Origin: Promethearchaeota archaeon
GTDB taxonomy: Archaea; Asgardarchaeota; Lokiarchaeia; Sigyniarchaeales; SOKP01
Assembly: GCA_019058365.1 (NCBI GenBank)
Contig: JAHPZE010000001.1
Span: 1-64,000, forward strand
DNA length: 64,000 nt
Direction: 5' to 3'
Positions 9,097-19,336 of the stretch are shown piece by piece (positions within the stretch are counted from its first letter, which is position 1; each line of letters begins with the position of its first letter). The translations under genes and the position numbers were made by a program. The notes under the pieces are model-generated. The model was not told where the DNA came from, ran no database searches, and saw only the letters and a list, made by a program, of their open reading frames with translations.

Positions 9097-10926
9097 TTAT
9101 GCGAATTCCTTTTTATCTTCATCAATATTGACTTCATGTTCAATTTCAAATTTCTTTTCTTCATCAACGTCCCGTTTCATAAGTATATCTCGACGTTCTT
9201 CGGAATATTTATTTTTTTTTAATTGAATGACAGGAATTCCAAAATAAATCCATCCAGGCTCAAGGATCTGATCATAGGTAGTCGTACTAAGAGCACCAAC
9301 TACTGAGTCCTTACCAACGATAGTTCCTGGGGCTACGATACTCTGACCTCCAATAACTACATAATCATCCAGAATGGTTTTTTTAATAATTAAATATTTC
9401 CCGACGACCATAGAGGACATAACAGTAGCACCTTGCCCTACAATTATTCTTCGTCCAAATTTAATAAATTCACCATCGCACCATGAGTCCCATAACGTAC
9501 TTGATAAATTCATTGTGATTCCGAACCATTTAAAAGCCAAAATGTCCATCCAAGGGAGAGGCCAATTTCGAATAAGCCAAAAAACTACTTTTTTTAATTC
9601 AGTCCGCAAACACCAAAACTCAAAATCAGAATCTCCTTTTTCAGCTTTAAATATTCCTTCTTTTGGTTTATGTATTAATTTAATTAATATTAAGAAAAGT
9701 TTGCTAAAGAAAAAACACCCTACAATGAATATAAACCACATAAAAATTAATATCGCTGGTAGAAAAAATGCCATTAAAACCCAGTTTTGAACATAATGCG
9801 TGAAAATGTGAAAGATTACGGTATCTAACATCCCAGAAAGCCAAAAAATTGGGAGATAGACAACTAAAAATTTTATATTTACTCTTGAAATTGCACTACT
9901 AGTAGTAAAATCAATTTTTAAATCTTTTTCATCTAAATTATTTAAATTAATATTTTCCTTCCTTAAGTCTCCGTTATCTAATACTGTCTTGGGTTTAGCT
10001 TCAGATTGCTTCGAAAGTTTCTGAGCTCTCAATTTTTTAAACAATTTTTTATCTTTGTAACTTCCAATACTTTCACCTTTCTCTAAATCATTTGGTGATA
10101 TTCTTAAAAAATTCATAATCTTCTTCCTGAAAATTTTTCTTAATGGCATGCCCCAGTAATAATTATTTCCTTTAATTACGCTATGTTTGGTAGTTGAGGC
10201 TAAAGGAAGTAAATAAGAATTATCATACGCTTCAGAACCGGGGCCTAAAACATTACTAGCTGCGGCAGTAAAATTATCTCCAGTTTTTACTTTAAAATAG
10301 GAGATGTTTCCAAAAATTCCCTCAATAACATGGCTAGCTAAAGCAGAATTAACTCCTATATAACAATTTCGCCCCACTTCAATAAATTTGTCACTAGTGA
10401 CAGATTCCTCCAAGGTAGTACCCTTTCCAATTTTGCTTGCGCCTATAAAATTAAAATACCAGTTGTTAAGCCATGGAAATGGTCCTTTCATAAACGCATT
10501 TTTTCCATATTTAATCATGAAACCTCTAATTTGATAATAATTTAATGTTTTACTTGGAAAATTTCTTGGTATAATCCCATCTTTACTGGGGGATCTTTTT
10601 TCAGTTAGATACCAAAAACCACGTGTAATTAAACCTATAAAAAATAGTCGAATAAGATAACAACCAATGAGGACTAAAGGCATAGAGATCAATGCTATCA
10701 TAGGTTTAAATTCAGTAAAAAGAGTTAAAAAACTTGAAGTTTCTAAAAAATTAGGTAAAAAAAAGAAAAATACATACACTAGAAAAACAATTGCTGGAAT
10801 AACTAATGAAGCCAGAAATATTGTGAAAAGCACAATAAGATACCAAAAATATTGAGTTTTAATTTCTTCCCTGATTTTATTCTTCTCTGGAACACTTTCA
10901 ATCGATGGTAATTCTGTAGTATCCAT
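9097..10926 (-). CDS. Membrane-bound LbH acyltransferase-like protein, fused type A+B (paralog of 6668..8554)
   Basis: Long shared blocks (SPSK.GIIPRN, IDFTTSSAISRVNIKFL, MSSMVVGKYL). Confidence 0.8.
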   Translation of the reverse strand: MDTTELPSIESVPEKNKIREEIKTQYFWYLIVLFTIFLASLVIPAIVFLVYVFFFFLPNFLETSSFLTLFTEFKPMIALISMPLVLIGCYLIRLFFIGLITRGFWYLTEKRSPSKDGIIPRNFPSKTLNYYQIRGFMIKYGKNAFMKGPFPWLNNWYFNFIGASKIGKGTTLEESVTSDKFIEVGRNCYIGVNSALASHVIEGIFGNISYFKVKTGDNFTAAASNVLGPGSEAYDNSYLLPLASTTKHSVIKGNNYYWGMPLRKIFRKKIMNFLRISPNDLEKGESIGSYKDKKLFKKLRAQKLSKQSEAKPKTVLDNGDLRKENINLNNLDEKDLKIDFTTSSAISRVNIKFLVVYLPIFWLSGMLDTVIFHIFTHYVQNWVLMAFFLPAILIFMWFIFIVGCFFFSKLFLILIKLIHKPKEGIFKAEKGDSDFEFWCLRTELKKVVFWLIRNWPLPWMDILAFKWFGITMNLSSTLWDSWCDGEFIKFGRRIIVGQGATVMSSMVVGKYLIIKKTILDDYVVIGGQSIVAPGTIVGKDSVVGALSTTTYDQILEPGWIYFGIPVIQLKKNKYSEERRDILMKRDVDEEKKFEIEHEVNIDEDKKEFA

Positions 10927-11058
10927 AAATATTTTTCCTTAAAAGAAACAATTTATAATTTTAAAGGTATAGGTATTAATTAAAATTTATTTTCTAAAAT
11001 ATTCATTGTTTTTTGAAAATATCTTATTTATTTTTGAGTTTTGATAAATAAAACAGCT

Positions 11059-12078
11059 CTATATTTGAACTATAGTTTTAATATGATCATTACTCATTTT
11101 ATAAGAGTTAAAAGCTTCAGTTATTTCATCTAATTTGAACTTCTTCGAAATTAATTGCCTAACTTGTATATTACCAGATTTTAAACCATCAATTGCTTTT
11201 TCAAATGGTCCACATCTACTGCTATAAAGCGTTAGTTCGCGAACAACAATATCAGTGAGATTAATTGGTGTTTCAAGTCCATGAGTGCTCTTTACATGAA
11301 TTTTTCCTCTAGTTCTGCAAGAAGCAACAATCTCCCTCAGTGCATTAGGATTACCAGTTGTATCAATTACAATATCAGCGCCTAAATTATTAGTCAGATT
11401 TATGATCTCATCGGAAACATCTTTACATGTCACCCTATTGATTAGATGATGAGCCCCAAATTGTTTTGCAAGATTAAGTTTTTTATCTGAACCATCTATA
11501 GCTATTAATGTTAATCCTTTAGATATTACTATTTGAGTTATTAATAATCCTAACTTTCCAAGACCAAATAATGCGATATTTTTATCATCTTTATCAATTG
11601 GCATCATTTCAAATGTTTGATAAGCTGCAGCGAGAGGTTCGATAAATGTAGCCTCATCGTAAGGGATTGTATCAGGAATTTCATGCAATAAATAAGAATC
11701 TAATGCAATATATTCTGCTAAAGCTCCATTTATATCAATCCCAATAGCTTTACGAGATACACATTGAGTATATAGCCCTTTTTTACAATAATAACAATTA
11801 AAATCAATATTGCTATTAATTTCTGAAGTGACTCTCTTATTTAACCAAGAATGACTAATTTTTGCACCTACTTTTACAACGTCTCCAGCAAATTCATGAC
11901 CTAGAATAATTGGAGTAGGCGTTGGCAAATGTCCGTTTGCGATTGCTAAATCTGTTCCACAAATTCCTACCGTTTTAACGCGAATTAAGGCTTGAGATTC
12001 TTTTATTTCTGGATCGAGTACATTTTTTATCGTTATTTTATTTCCATCATATACAGCTGCTTTCATATCAAACCACAA
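11059..12078 (-). CDS. Zinc-dependent alcohol dehydrogenase (MDR family)
   Basis: GICGTD, GHEFAG, EPLAA, GLGKLG, SRCGPF. Confidence 0.9.
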   Translation of the reverse strand: MWFDMKAAVYDGNKITIKNVLDPEIKESQALIRVKTVGICGTDLAIANGHLPTPTPIILGHEFAGDVVKVGAKISHSWLNKRVTSEINSNIDFNCYYCKKGLYTQCVSRKAIGIDINGALAEYIALDSYLLHEIPDTIPYDEATFIEPLAAAYQTFEMMPIDKDDKNIALFGLGKLGLLITQIVISKGLTLIAIDGSDKKLNLAKQFGAHHLINRVTCKDVSDEIINLTNNLGADIVIDTTGNPNALREIVASCRTRGKIHVKSTHGLETPINLTDIVVRELTLYSSRCGPFEKAIDGLKSGNIQVRQLISKKFKLDEITEAFNSYKMSNDHIKTIVQI

Positions 12079-12320
12079 AAGTTATTTATTGATACTTATT
12101 AATTGATACTTACTAATAACAAATTTCAATCTAGAAATAATAAAGAAATTAATATAAGTTCTAATAAAGATAAGTTACAGTTTAGAATAAATTTATAGAA
12201 TCTAAACAGAACTATTTTTTAATTAAATCTATTATATAATACAGAAATATGCACTTTTTTATATTTTCTATTTAACCAAAATTAAGTAGATTACATTTTT
12301 AAAGATTTAAAGGTGAAAAG

Positions 12321-12860
12321 ATGCAAAATAAACTATTACAATGGGAAATTTTGGGTATGGTTTTTGTTATTATCGTTGGATCTTTATTCCACTTTGTATT
12401 TGAATGGCTTTTTTCTTGGCCTCCTGTTGGGGCAATTACTGCAGTTAATGAAAGTGTGTGGGAACATCTAAAACTCCCCTATTGGCCGCTAGTAATATTT
12501 TCTTTAATCGAATATAAGTTTATAAAAGAAAAAGCAAATAATATTATCATTGCAAAAAGTCTCTCTGCTATAATAAGCATTGCTACCATTTTAATTATTT
12601 TTTACTCATATACAGCTATTCTTAGCACAGAAATTCTTATAATAGATATTTTAAGTTTCTATTTTGGTGTAATTATTGGTCAAGTAGTTAGCTATAAGAT
12701 TTTAACATTAAATAAGTTACCAAGATGGATAAGTATTATGTCGTGGATAATTATTTTAGGATTCGGACTTTCTTTAATAATATTTACCTATTTGCCACCA
12801 CACTTGCCCATATTTCAAGATTCTGAGTCTGGGTTATATGGTATTTTCCATTATATTTAA
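12321..12860 (+). CDS. Membrane protein, DUF6512-like
   Basis: GSLFHF, VNESVWEHLKL, TYLPPHLPIFQD; about 5 TM helices. Confidence 0.65.
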   Translation: MQNKLLQWEILGMVFVIIVGSLFHFVFEWLFSWPPVGAITAVNESVWEHLKLPYWPLVIFSLIEYKFIKEKANNIIIAKSLSAIISIATILIIFYSYTAILSTEILIIDILSFYFGVIIGQVVSYKILTLNKLPRWISIMSWIIILGFGLSLIIFTYLPPHLPIFQDSESGLYGIFHYI

Positions 12861-12988
12861 AACAAATAAATATTTTCGAAAAATAATATAATTCAATTTT
12901 TCCTTATTTATTCTAATTGGATTTTGAAAATATCGTTACTTTTAACCATTAATGTATTAAAATAGAACTTACAATGTAGGAGAATATT

Positions 12989-14629
12989 TTGGAATCTCAT
13001 GATTTTGATGAAAATGTTCAAAATAACTTCAATAAATCTTTTTCAGATATAAAAAGGACAAATTGGAAACATTGGCTTGAAATAGATTCTCGAGAGGAAT
13101 ATGAAGAATTATCATTAAAACTTTCGGGACTATCATCTATTGAAGATCTTTTCGATAGGATAAAATCTGAAACAACTGATTCTAGAAGTTTCTCAATAGA
13201 TTTAAATGATTTTCTAAATAGTGATAAAGCTTCTGAGCCATTAATTTTTTGTCATACGTCAGGAACTACAAACAGTAAATTATCGATGCTAAAATGGTTT
13301 CATATGTCAGAAGATATTGTTAAAAGACAATGGGTACCTGGCATGCAGGCAATTTTTGAATCGAGTGGTTTAGATTTAAATTCTTCTGCAATTATTTTTG
13401 TTCCTTCTAGATTGAAATTCGATGGGATTCAAAAACAGGGAGGAAAAGAATTTATTTCACTTTACTCGTCGGAATTTTCTCAAAGAATCATGCTATCCGT
13501 TATTAAACCAAAAGTATATCTGTTTTATGAATATAAAAATTCAAGAAACTTAGATATAATATCTAAAATTCTAACAATGGATAATATCTCAGTTATTTCT
13601 GCACCAGCATTAACAATTTTAGGATGGGCAGATATTATTAGACTTCAAGATGGGATAAAAAGGTCACTTGATTTAATAAATAAAATTCAAAATCCAAAAC
13701 TTGAAGACCTTCTATTAAAAATTGAAAAAAATGGATTAGTTAGTGCTTCAAAAGAAATTCAAAAAGAATTATCTCAAAAGATCTCAAAAGCAACTTTAGT
13801 ATTTAGTATAAGTTCACTATCAAAATCAGATTGGCAATTAATTCGTAAATTTATGAAATGGGAGGAGGGTAAAGAAAAATTTACAAATCTTTATGTTGCT
13901 TCTGAAATTGGTCCATTTGCCGCAAGTATAAGCAAGGGAGATTATGAACTTTCTCGATTAAATAAAATGTATATTTTTCCATTAACTCTTCCCGTAATAG
14001 ATCATAAAGGAAATAAAGAAGCAGTATCAAGAACGAAAAATAACATAGGTAAACTTTATGTTTCTCGACTTAATAAATCAGATGTTCTAATTAATATTGA
14101 CTTGGGTGATGTTATTTCTATTAAGAATCAGGAAGGTCTTCCCAAAATAGAAGGAAAAATTTTACGTTCAAGTTTTCAATTAAAATATCCAATAAACTTA
14201 TCAAAAAAAGTCTTAATAGACTCGCATTATAGAGTATTTGCTGGTGAATATTTTACTTTTTCTAATTTTGAAATTCAAAATCCACGATTTTTATTAAATT
14301 GTTTAAAAGAGAAATGTGACTTGAATATTGATTCTCTTTTATTAGTTAGAAAAAGCCAAGGTCCAGATAATTCGTGCAGGCTGTTTCTTTATTCCAATGA
14401 CAAGAGTAATTGTTATAATTTGAAGAATTATAGGAAAAAATTACTTGATTGCATTGCAAATGATAATTTTAAAGAAGCTATCTTAAATAATGAAATTAAA
14501 ATCGAATTAATTAATGAGAATCCAGTAGATTTTTTAGTGATGCGTTCAGAAGTCTTAGAAAAAGTTCGAAATGGTAAAAATCCTAAAGGAATTTTAAAAA
14601 AATGGCCATTTTATATAATAGAAGCATAA
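12989..14629 (+). CDS. Stand-alone adenylate-forming enzyme, GH3/LuxE/PaaK-like (ANL superfamily)
   Basis: P-loop HTSGTT, YVASEIG (YxxSE), IDLGDVI (GD) motifs in correct order. Confidence 0.65.
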   Translation: MESHDFDENVQNNFNKSFSDIKRTNWKHWLEIDSREEYEELSLKLSGLSSIEDLFDRIKSETTDSRSFSIDLNDFLNSDKASEPLIFCHTSGTTNSKLSMLKWFHMSEDIVKRQWVPGMQAIFESSGLDLNSSAIIFVPSRLKFDGIQKQGGKEFISLYSSEFSQRIMLSVIKPKVYLFYEYKNSRNLDIISKILTMDNISVISAPALTILGWADIIRLQDGIKRSLDLINKIQNPKLEDLLLKIEKNGLVSASKEIQKELSQKISKATLVFSISSLSKSDWQLIRKFMKWEEGKEKFTNLYVASEIGPFAASISKGDYELSRLNKMYIFPLTLPVIDHKGNKEAVSRTKNNIGKLYVSRLNKSDVLINIDLGDVISIKNQEGLPKIEGKILRSSFQLKYPINLSKKVLIDSHYRVFAGEYFTFSNFEIQNPRFLLNCLKEKCDLNIDSLLLVRKSQGPDNSCRLFLYSNDKSNCYNLKNYRKKLLDCIANDNFKEAILNNEIKIELINENPVDFLVMRSEVLEKVRNGKNPKGILKKWPFYIIEA

Positions 14630-14681
14630 TTATAAAAAAAAATAAAAAAAAATAATCTTTTTTCTATATTATTTTGGTTAA

Positions 14682-15521
14682 TTAAGCTGGACTAAATACT
14701 CCTGCGAATACTAACCATGCTAGAAAAGTTTTAGATACAAGACTCAAAAGTTGATATACTCTTTCACCGTACAGATAATCTTTCCACTTTCCTACTCCTT
14801 TATATTGCAATATCATGTTGATAGCGAATGTATTAAAGAAGAACAATTCAATTCCGTATATTAGGTAGACAAATAGTGGTACTTCTCCTCCAATGGTTTC
14901 AGTACTTATAAAATACGCAGTAATAACAATCCAAGGAACGGCTCCAGCAATAACACCTAAATAATATGGACCCCATTTAACTTTTTCACCTTTTTCTCTC
15001 GTATATACATTGTATGATTCCATCATTAAACCAAACATATTCATCAGAGCATTTAAGACAAAAATCATAAACAATGACCAGAAATCCCACACTCCAAAAA
15101 AAATAGCGATTAAGAAAATCATCACGGAACTTGAAAAAGCGTACTCAAACCAACGTACCTTATTTATTCCTCTTTTTAAATTTCTAATATAACTTTTATT
15201 GAGCGGGTAAGCAATTAACAGATGAGCAATAGCAGACATTAATAAAAAGGATCCAACAAATGCCCCTAAAGCGCTAAAAACAAAGAGTATTGTAGGGTTA
15301 GGCGAAATAACAAAGTCTGGTCCAACAAGTTCAAACTTAAGGTAAAAAGTGTAAATGTCCCTAGAAAAAGCTAGTTGAGGTAAAAAGCCAAAAAGCACCA
15401 TTAGTAAACCTTGCACTAAATGTAAAATACCCATATTACGATTGAATCTTTTTAGATATTCAAATGATATTGGAGATTTTGGTATTAACCAACCTTCTTC
15501 TGATTTTTCTATAGAGTTCAT
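14682..15521 (-). CDS. heR: Heliorhodopsin
   Basis: 7 TM; LHLVQG, SAIAH, RWFEYAFSSSVM (R-E counterion), GERVY..LSLVSK with retinal-binding Lys. Confidence 0.93.
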   Translation of the reverse strand: MNSIEKSEEGWLIPKSPISFEYLKRFNRNMGILHLVQGLLMVLFGFLPQLAFSRDIYTFYLKFELVGPDFVISPNPTILFVFSALGAFVGSFLLMSAIAHLLIAYPLNKSYIRNLKRGINKVRWFEYAFSSSVMIFLIAIFFGVWDFWSLFMIFVLNALMNMFGLMMESYNVYTREKGEKVKWGPYYLGVIAGAVPWIVITAYFISTETIGGEVPLFVYLIYGIELFFFNTFAINMILQYKGVGKWKDYLYGERVYQLLSLVSKTFLAWLVFAGVFSPA

Positions 15522-15645
15522 AGGTTAAAATATTATAAATTAGTTTTTAACTTGTATGTCTAAAAATTATAAGTTCATTAAATAAATACATTAAATGGAA
15601 GAAAAAAAAATTTGTTAATTAATAAAATATAGATAAATTAGGAGA

Positions 15646-16047
15646 TTATATCCAAACTGCTAATATTAATCCAGCAATTATAAAACCTACAAGATAAAAA
15701 CTGTATTCCATTAGAAAAAGTTTAAATCCTCTATCATTAAAATTAGTTTGGTTTATAGCGATTGTAGCTACAAATCCAATCCATAAAAGTAGGTTAAGTA
15801 GCAATGCAGAAACGATATCGTTCATGCCCGTTAATTCCATCATTATCGTGATGAAAAGAACAGTTATAAAACTAGTTGGAATCATTATTATAGTATCTCG
15901 AATAATTTTAGATTTAGGTTCACTTTCTTTTCCAACTAATTTAAGCCATAAATTACCGAATGCTGAAGGAAAGTACCAAAAAAAATGGATTGCAAAATAT
16001 GTCAATGTAACAACTACAACGGCTAACCAATTTATGTCAAGAGCCAT
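15646..16047 (-). CDS. DUF1761-like small membrane protein
   Basis: INWLAVVV..WY..FGNLW N-terminus, 4 TM. Confidence 0.75.
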   Translation of the reverse strand: MALDINWLAVVVVTLTYFAIHFFWYFPSAFGNLWLKLVGKESEPKSKIIRDTIIMIPTSFITVLFITIMMELTGMNDIVSALLLNLLLWIGFVATIAINQTNFNDRGFKLFLMEYSFYLVGFIIAGLILAVWI

Positions 16048-16164
16048 TTCATCACCATTAAATTGATTTTCAAATTGAAATTATAATTTTAAAGAACTAA
16101 ATAATTAAACAATATTTATTTATTTTTTATTTAAAATATAAATAAAAATTAAAGTGAAATCAAA

Positions 16165-16641
16165 TTGAAAGATAAATTCAATTTAGTTGGTACTAAGATC
16201 GCTGAGTTTAGTTTACCAAACTCTAGAGGTGAAACAATCAACATCAGAGATTTTGAAAATAAAAAAAATGTAATAATTGTGCTATTTAGAGATATCAATT
16301 GACCTTTCTGTCGATGGCATGCTGCTAGATTAAGAAGAGACATTGAAAAATTTGAAAAATTAGATGGGTTTTTGTATCCAATCTTAGTAGATAATGAAAA
16401 AAATGCTCAAAAAATGGAACAAAAATATGCAAGAAAGTACGCTGTTTTTTATGATGAATCAAAAAAAGTCGCTGCTATGTTAAAGCAAGAAATAAAGTTG
16501 GTTAAACTGGGTCGTATGCCTGGATTATTAGTAATTGACAAGGAAGGAATAATTAAATACGCATATTACGGGAAAAATATGCATGACATTCCAGAAAACG
16601 ATGAAATTTTACAAGTTCTTGAAAAGATTAATAAAAAATAA
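16165..16641 (+). CDS. Peroxiredoxin-like (AhpC/TSA, thioredoxin fold) selenoprotein, UxxC motif, 158 aa
   Basis: TTG 16165 in frame with ORF 16372..16641; in-frame TGA 16300-16302 gives VIIVLFRDIN-U-PFC; EFSLPNSRGETI and LVIDKEGIIKYAY are Prx/redoxin motifs. Confidence 0.88.
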
Positions 16642-16752
16642 TGATTTGGTGGGAATAAAATAAAAAAAATGAGATTTTATTCTTTAAAGTTAGCCACACT
16701 TTTCCAAATCAAAATTGTTTTCATATAGATTTCATATAATTAAAAAGATTCT

Positions 16753-17553
16753 TCATTTTAATTTTACAATGGGATTATAAAATTCTACACGTCGGTTCTC
16801 AAATAGATCATTGAACTCATTGAGTTTTTTATCTCTAGCTTTTTGAATATCAATATCGATTATAACGACATAATTTTTATCCTCTGGAGCTGATGATAAA
16901 ATTTCTCCATCATAAGAGGTTATTTGACTTTTACCAGTAAATTTAAAACGGTCATCTCCTCTTTTTTCTTCACCTATTCTATTTGAAGTTATTGCAAATA
17001 CCCGATTTTCTATACATCTCGTAATCATTGCCTTTTGACAATACGGAAGGACTAGATTTGCAGGATGAGCAATAATATCTGCACCTAAAAGAGCAAGGAT
17101 TCGCGTTGTTTCTGGAAAAATCCAGTCAAAACAAATCATAATTCCTACTTTTACTCCATCTACATTAAACACTTTTAAGGGTTTGTTTCCCGGTGAAAAC
17201 CACAGTTTTTCTTTATAATATAAATGTATTTTCCGGTATGAACCGATCACTCCTTTATTTGAAACCATTATTCCAGCATTGTATACTTTTTCTCCTTCTT
17301 TTTCGATAAATCCGCCAATAACTATTGCTCCAGTCGATTGAGCAATATTTATGAGAAATTGAGCAGTTTCACCCTCTTGACTTTCTGCTAATGATACTGC
17401 TTCTTTTTTAGAAACAAAAGTATAACCCGTCGCAAATAATTCTGGTAATACTAGTAAATCTGCTTTTATGCCAGATATCAGTTTTTCAATTTCTTCAAAA
17501 TTATATTTTTTATCCCCAAATAGTGGAGATGTTTGGATATATCCAATTTTCAC
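16753..17553 (-). CDS. Carbon-nitrogen hydrolase (nitrilase/amidase superfamily)
   Basis: E-K-C triad: LPELF, YRKIHL, ICFDW; directly downstream of the LbH operon. Confidence 0.92.
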   Translation of the reverse strand: MKIGYIQTSPLFGDKKYNFEEIEKLISGIKADLLVLPELFATGYTFVSKKEAVSLAESQEGETAQFLINIAQSTGAIVIGGFIEKEGEKVYNAGIMVSNKGVIGSYRKIHLYYKEKLWFSPGNKPLKVFNVDGVKVGIMICFDWIFPETTRILALLGADIIAHPANLVLPYCQKAMITRCIENRVFAITSNRIGEEKRGDDRFKFTGKSQITSYDGEILSSAPEDKNYVVIIDIDIQKARDKKLNEFNDLFENRRVEFYNPIVKLK

Positions 17554-17555
17554 TT

Positions 17556-18431
17556 TTAATCACTTTTGATCTCTTTATCCTTACGCACAGTATATAATCC
17601 TTCAAATCTTGCTTCTGTTTTAATTTCACCTATTCCTTGATTTTTAATAATCTCTTCCAATCCATCTTCAGAGAATACATTTTTTTTAAACTTTTTGGCT
17701 GGAGCCCCTAAATAAATCCAATTCTCTTCTAATTCTTGCCCTACGGTGGTCATTGAATGACCCCCTAAAATACAATTTTTTTTCATATACGTTCCAGGCA
17801 TAACAACACTTTGGGTACCAATCATAACATTATCTTCAATGATGGTTTTTCTTATGATAAATAAATTTCCAAAAATAACGGATGACTGGACTATTGCCCC
17901 CTGTCCAACTACAACATTTTTTCCAAAATCAATGAATTCTGTATCAACCCATCCTTCAAATAAAGAGTTGGAGTAGTTAGTTTTTATACCAAACATTTTA
18001 AAACATATATTATTCATAAAAGGAAAAGGAAACTTGTGTGATAGCCATAAGGGCCATTTTTTTATAGTACTTCTAAGACTCCAATATCTATAATCTTTAT
18101 CTGAGTGATGTCTTAAGAACACTCCTTCTCGTGGTTTATGAATAAGATTAATGATTACTAAAATCATTTTGGCAAAGAATAATGATACTAAAATTGATGT
18201 TAGATACATTACAAAAACTAAAAAAGGTAATAAAAGTAAGAAATGAATGAATACTTTCGGTTCAGTAAGTGTAGGACCGTACAGCCAATTCCAATACAAC
18301 CAAAATTCAAACTGTATTGTAAAAATGCTAATCCAAATTAAAAAGATATAAAAGATTAAATATCTTTTCTTGGCTAAGATAAGAGTTGTATTTGGTCCTA
18401 CTTTTAAACTCGAAGGTACTGACATAATCAT
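17556..18431 (-). CDS. Membrane-bound LbH acyltransferase-like protein, type C
   Basis: Paralog of 5721..6671 (MSVP..VGP, SNSLFEGWVDTEFIDFG). Confidence 0.8.
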   Translation of the reverse strand: MIMSVPSSLKVGPNTTLILAKKRYLIFYIFLIWISIFTIQFEFWLYWNWLYGPTLTEPKVFIHFLLLLPFLVFVMYLTSILVSLFFAKMILVIINLIHKPREGVFLRHHSDKDYRYWSLRSTIKKWPLWLSHKFPFPFMNNICFKMFGIKTNYSNSLFEGWVDTEFIDFGKNVVVGQGAIVQSSVIFGNLFIIRKTIIEDNVMIGTQSVVMPGTYMKKNCILGGHSMTTVGQELEENWIYLGAPAKKFKKNVFSEDGLEEIIKNQGIGEIKTEARFEGLYTVRKDKEIKSD

Positions 18432-19336
18432 TAATCCTCTATATTATTATTCAAGAGTTTTTTCTTATCTTCATCTATATTGACTTCTTGTTTAATTTCA
18501 TATTTTATTTCATCATCTACACGGACTTCATATATAACATCGCGTCTTTGTTCTGCATATTTATTTGGTTTTAATTTCCTAGCAAAATGTGGGCCTAAAT
18601 AAATCCAACCAGGTTCTATTTTTTGGTTTGGAATTGTCGCAGAAAATGCTCCAATCACAGATTCCTTACCCATAATTGTGCCGGGAGATATAAGTGATAA
18701 CCCACCTACAACCGTGTGATCTCCAAGAAAAATCTTTTTGATTATCAAATATTTCCCGACGATCTGAGAGCTCATTACAACAGCTCCTTGGCCTACAGTA
18801 ACATTTCTCCCAAATTCAATAAATCTTTCATCCACCCAAGAATCTTGAGCATGGCTTGAAAAATCTACCTTAATACCCATCCATCTGAAGCCCCACATTA
18901 CTATCCATGTTAAAGGGCCATTATTCATAAACCAAAAAACTATCTTTTTCAACTCTACTCTTAATCTCCAAAATTCATAGTCTCGATCCCCTTCTTCGGC
19001 TCTGAAGACTCCCTCTTTTGGCTTATGAAGCATATTTACTATAAGAATAAATGCTTTTGTAAAAATTGCGATTCCAAATACGAAAATAAAATATAATACA
19101 AATAACCATACAGGGATTAAAAACATATTTATATACCACGGAATATAACTTGATACATCAAAGAATACAGCAACAGTCATATATCCGGAAAGCCACAGAA
19201 TTGGGAGATATAAAACAAGAAATTTATAACCAATTTTACTTATTGCACTCGTAGTTACAAAATCGATTGTATAATCTACTTTGCTATCATCAAATCTTTC
19301 TTTTTCAGGATTAGAATTCATTTGCTTTTTTAACAC
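18431..19336 (-). CDS. Membrane-bound LbH acyltransferase-like protein, stand-alone type B
   Basis: Matches C-terminal half of the AB fusions (IDFVTTSAIS, HKPKEGVF..EFW.LR.ELKK, EVNIDEDKKK). Confidence 0.8.
   Translation of the reverse strand: MLKKQMNSNPEKERFDDSKVDYTIDFVTTSAISKIGYKFLVLYLPILWLSGYMTVAVFFDVSSYIPWYINMFLIPVWLFVLYFIFVFGIAIFTKAFILIVNMLHKPKEGVFRAEEGDRDYEFWRLRVELKKIVFWFMNNGPLTWIVMWGFRWMGIKVDFSSHAQDSWVDERFIEFGRNVTVGQGAVVMSSQIVGKYLIIKKIFLGDHTVVGGLSLISPGTIMGKESVIGAFSATIPNQKIEPGWIYLGPHFARKLKPNKYAEQRRDVIYEVRVDDEIKYEIKQEVNIDEDKKKLLNNNIED

Noticed and set aside
11059-12078. Asp in place of the first structural-zinc Cys in the ADH
   Set aside because: Acidic substitutions at this site occur in archaeal MDR enzymes; not distinctive
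16149-16343. 64-aa minus-strand ORF
   Set aside because: Antisense of the true selenoprotein N-terminus
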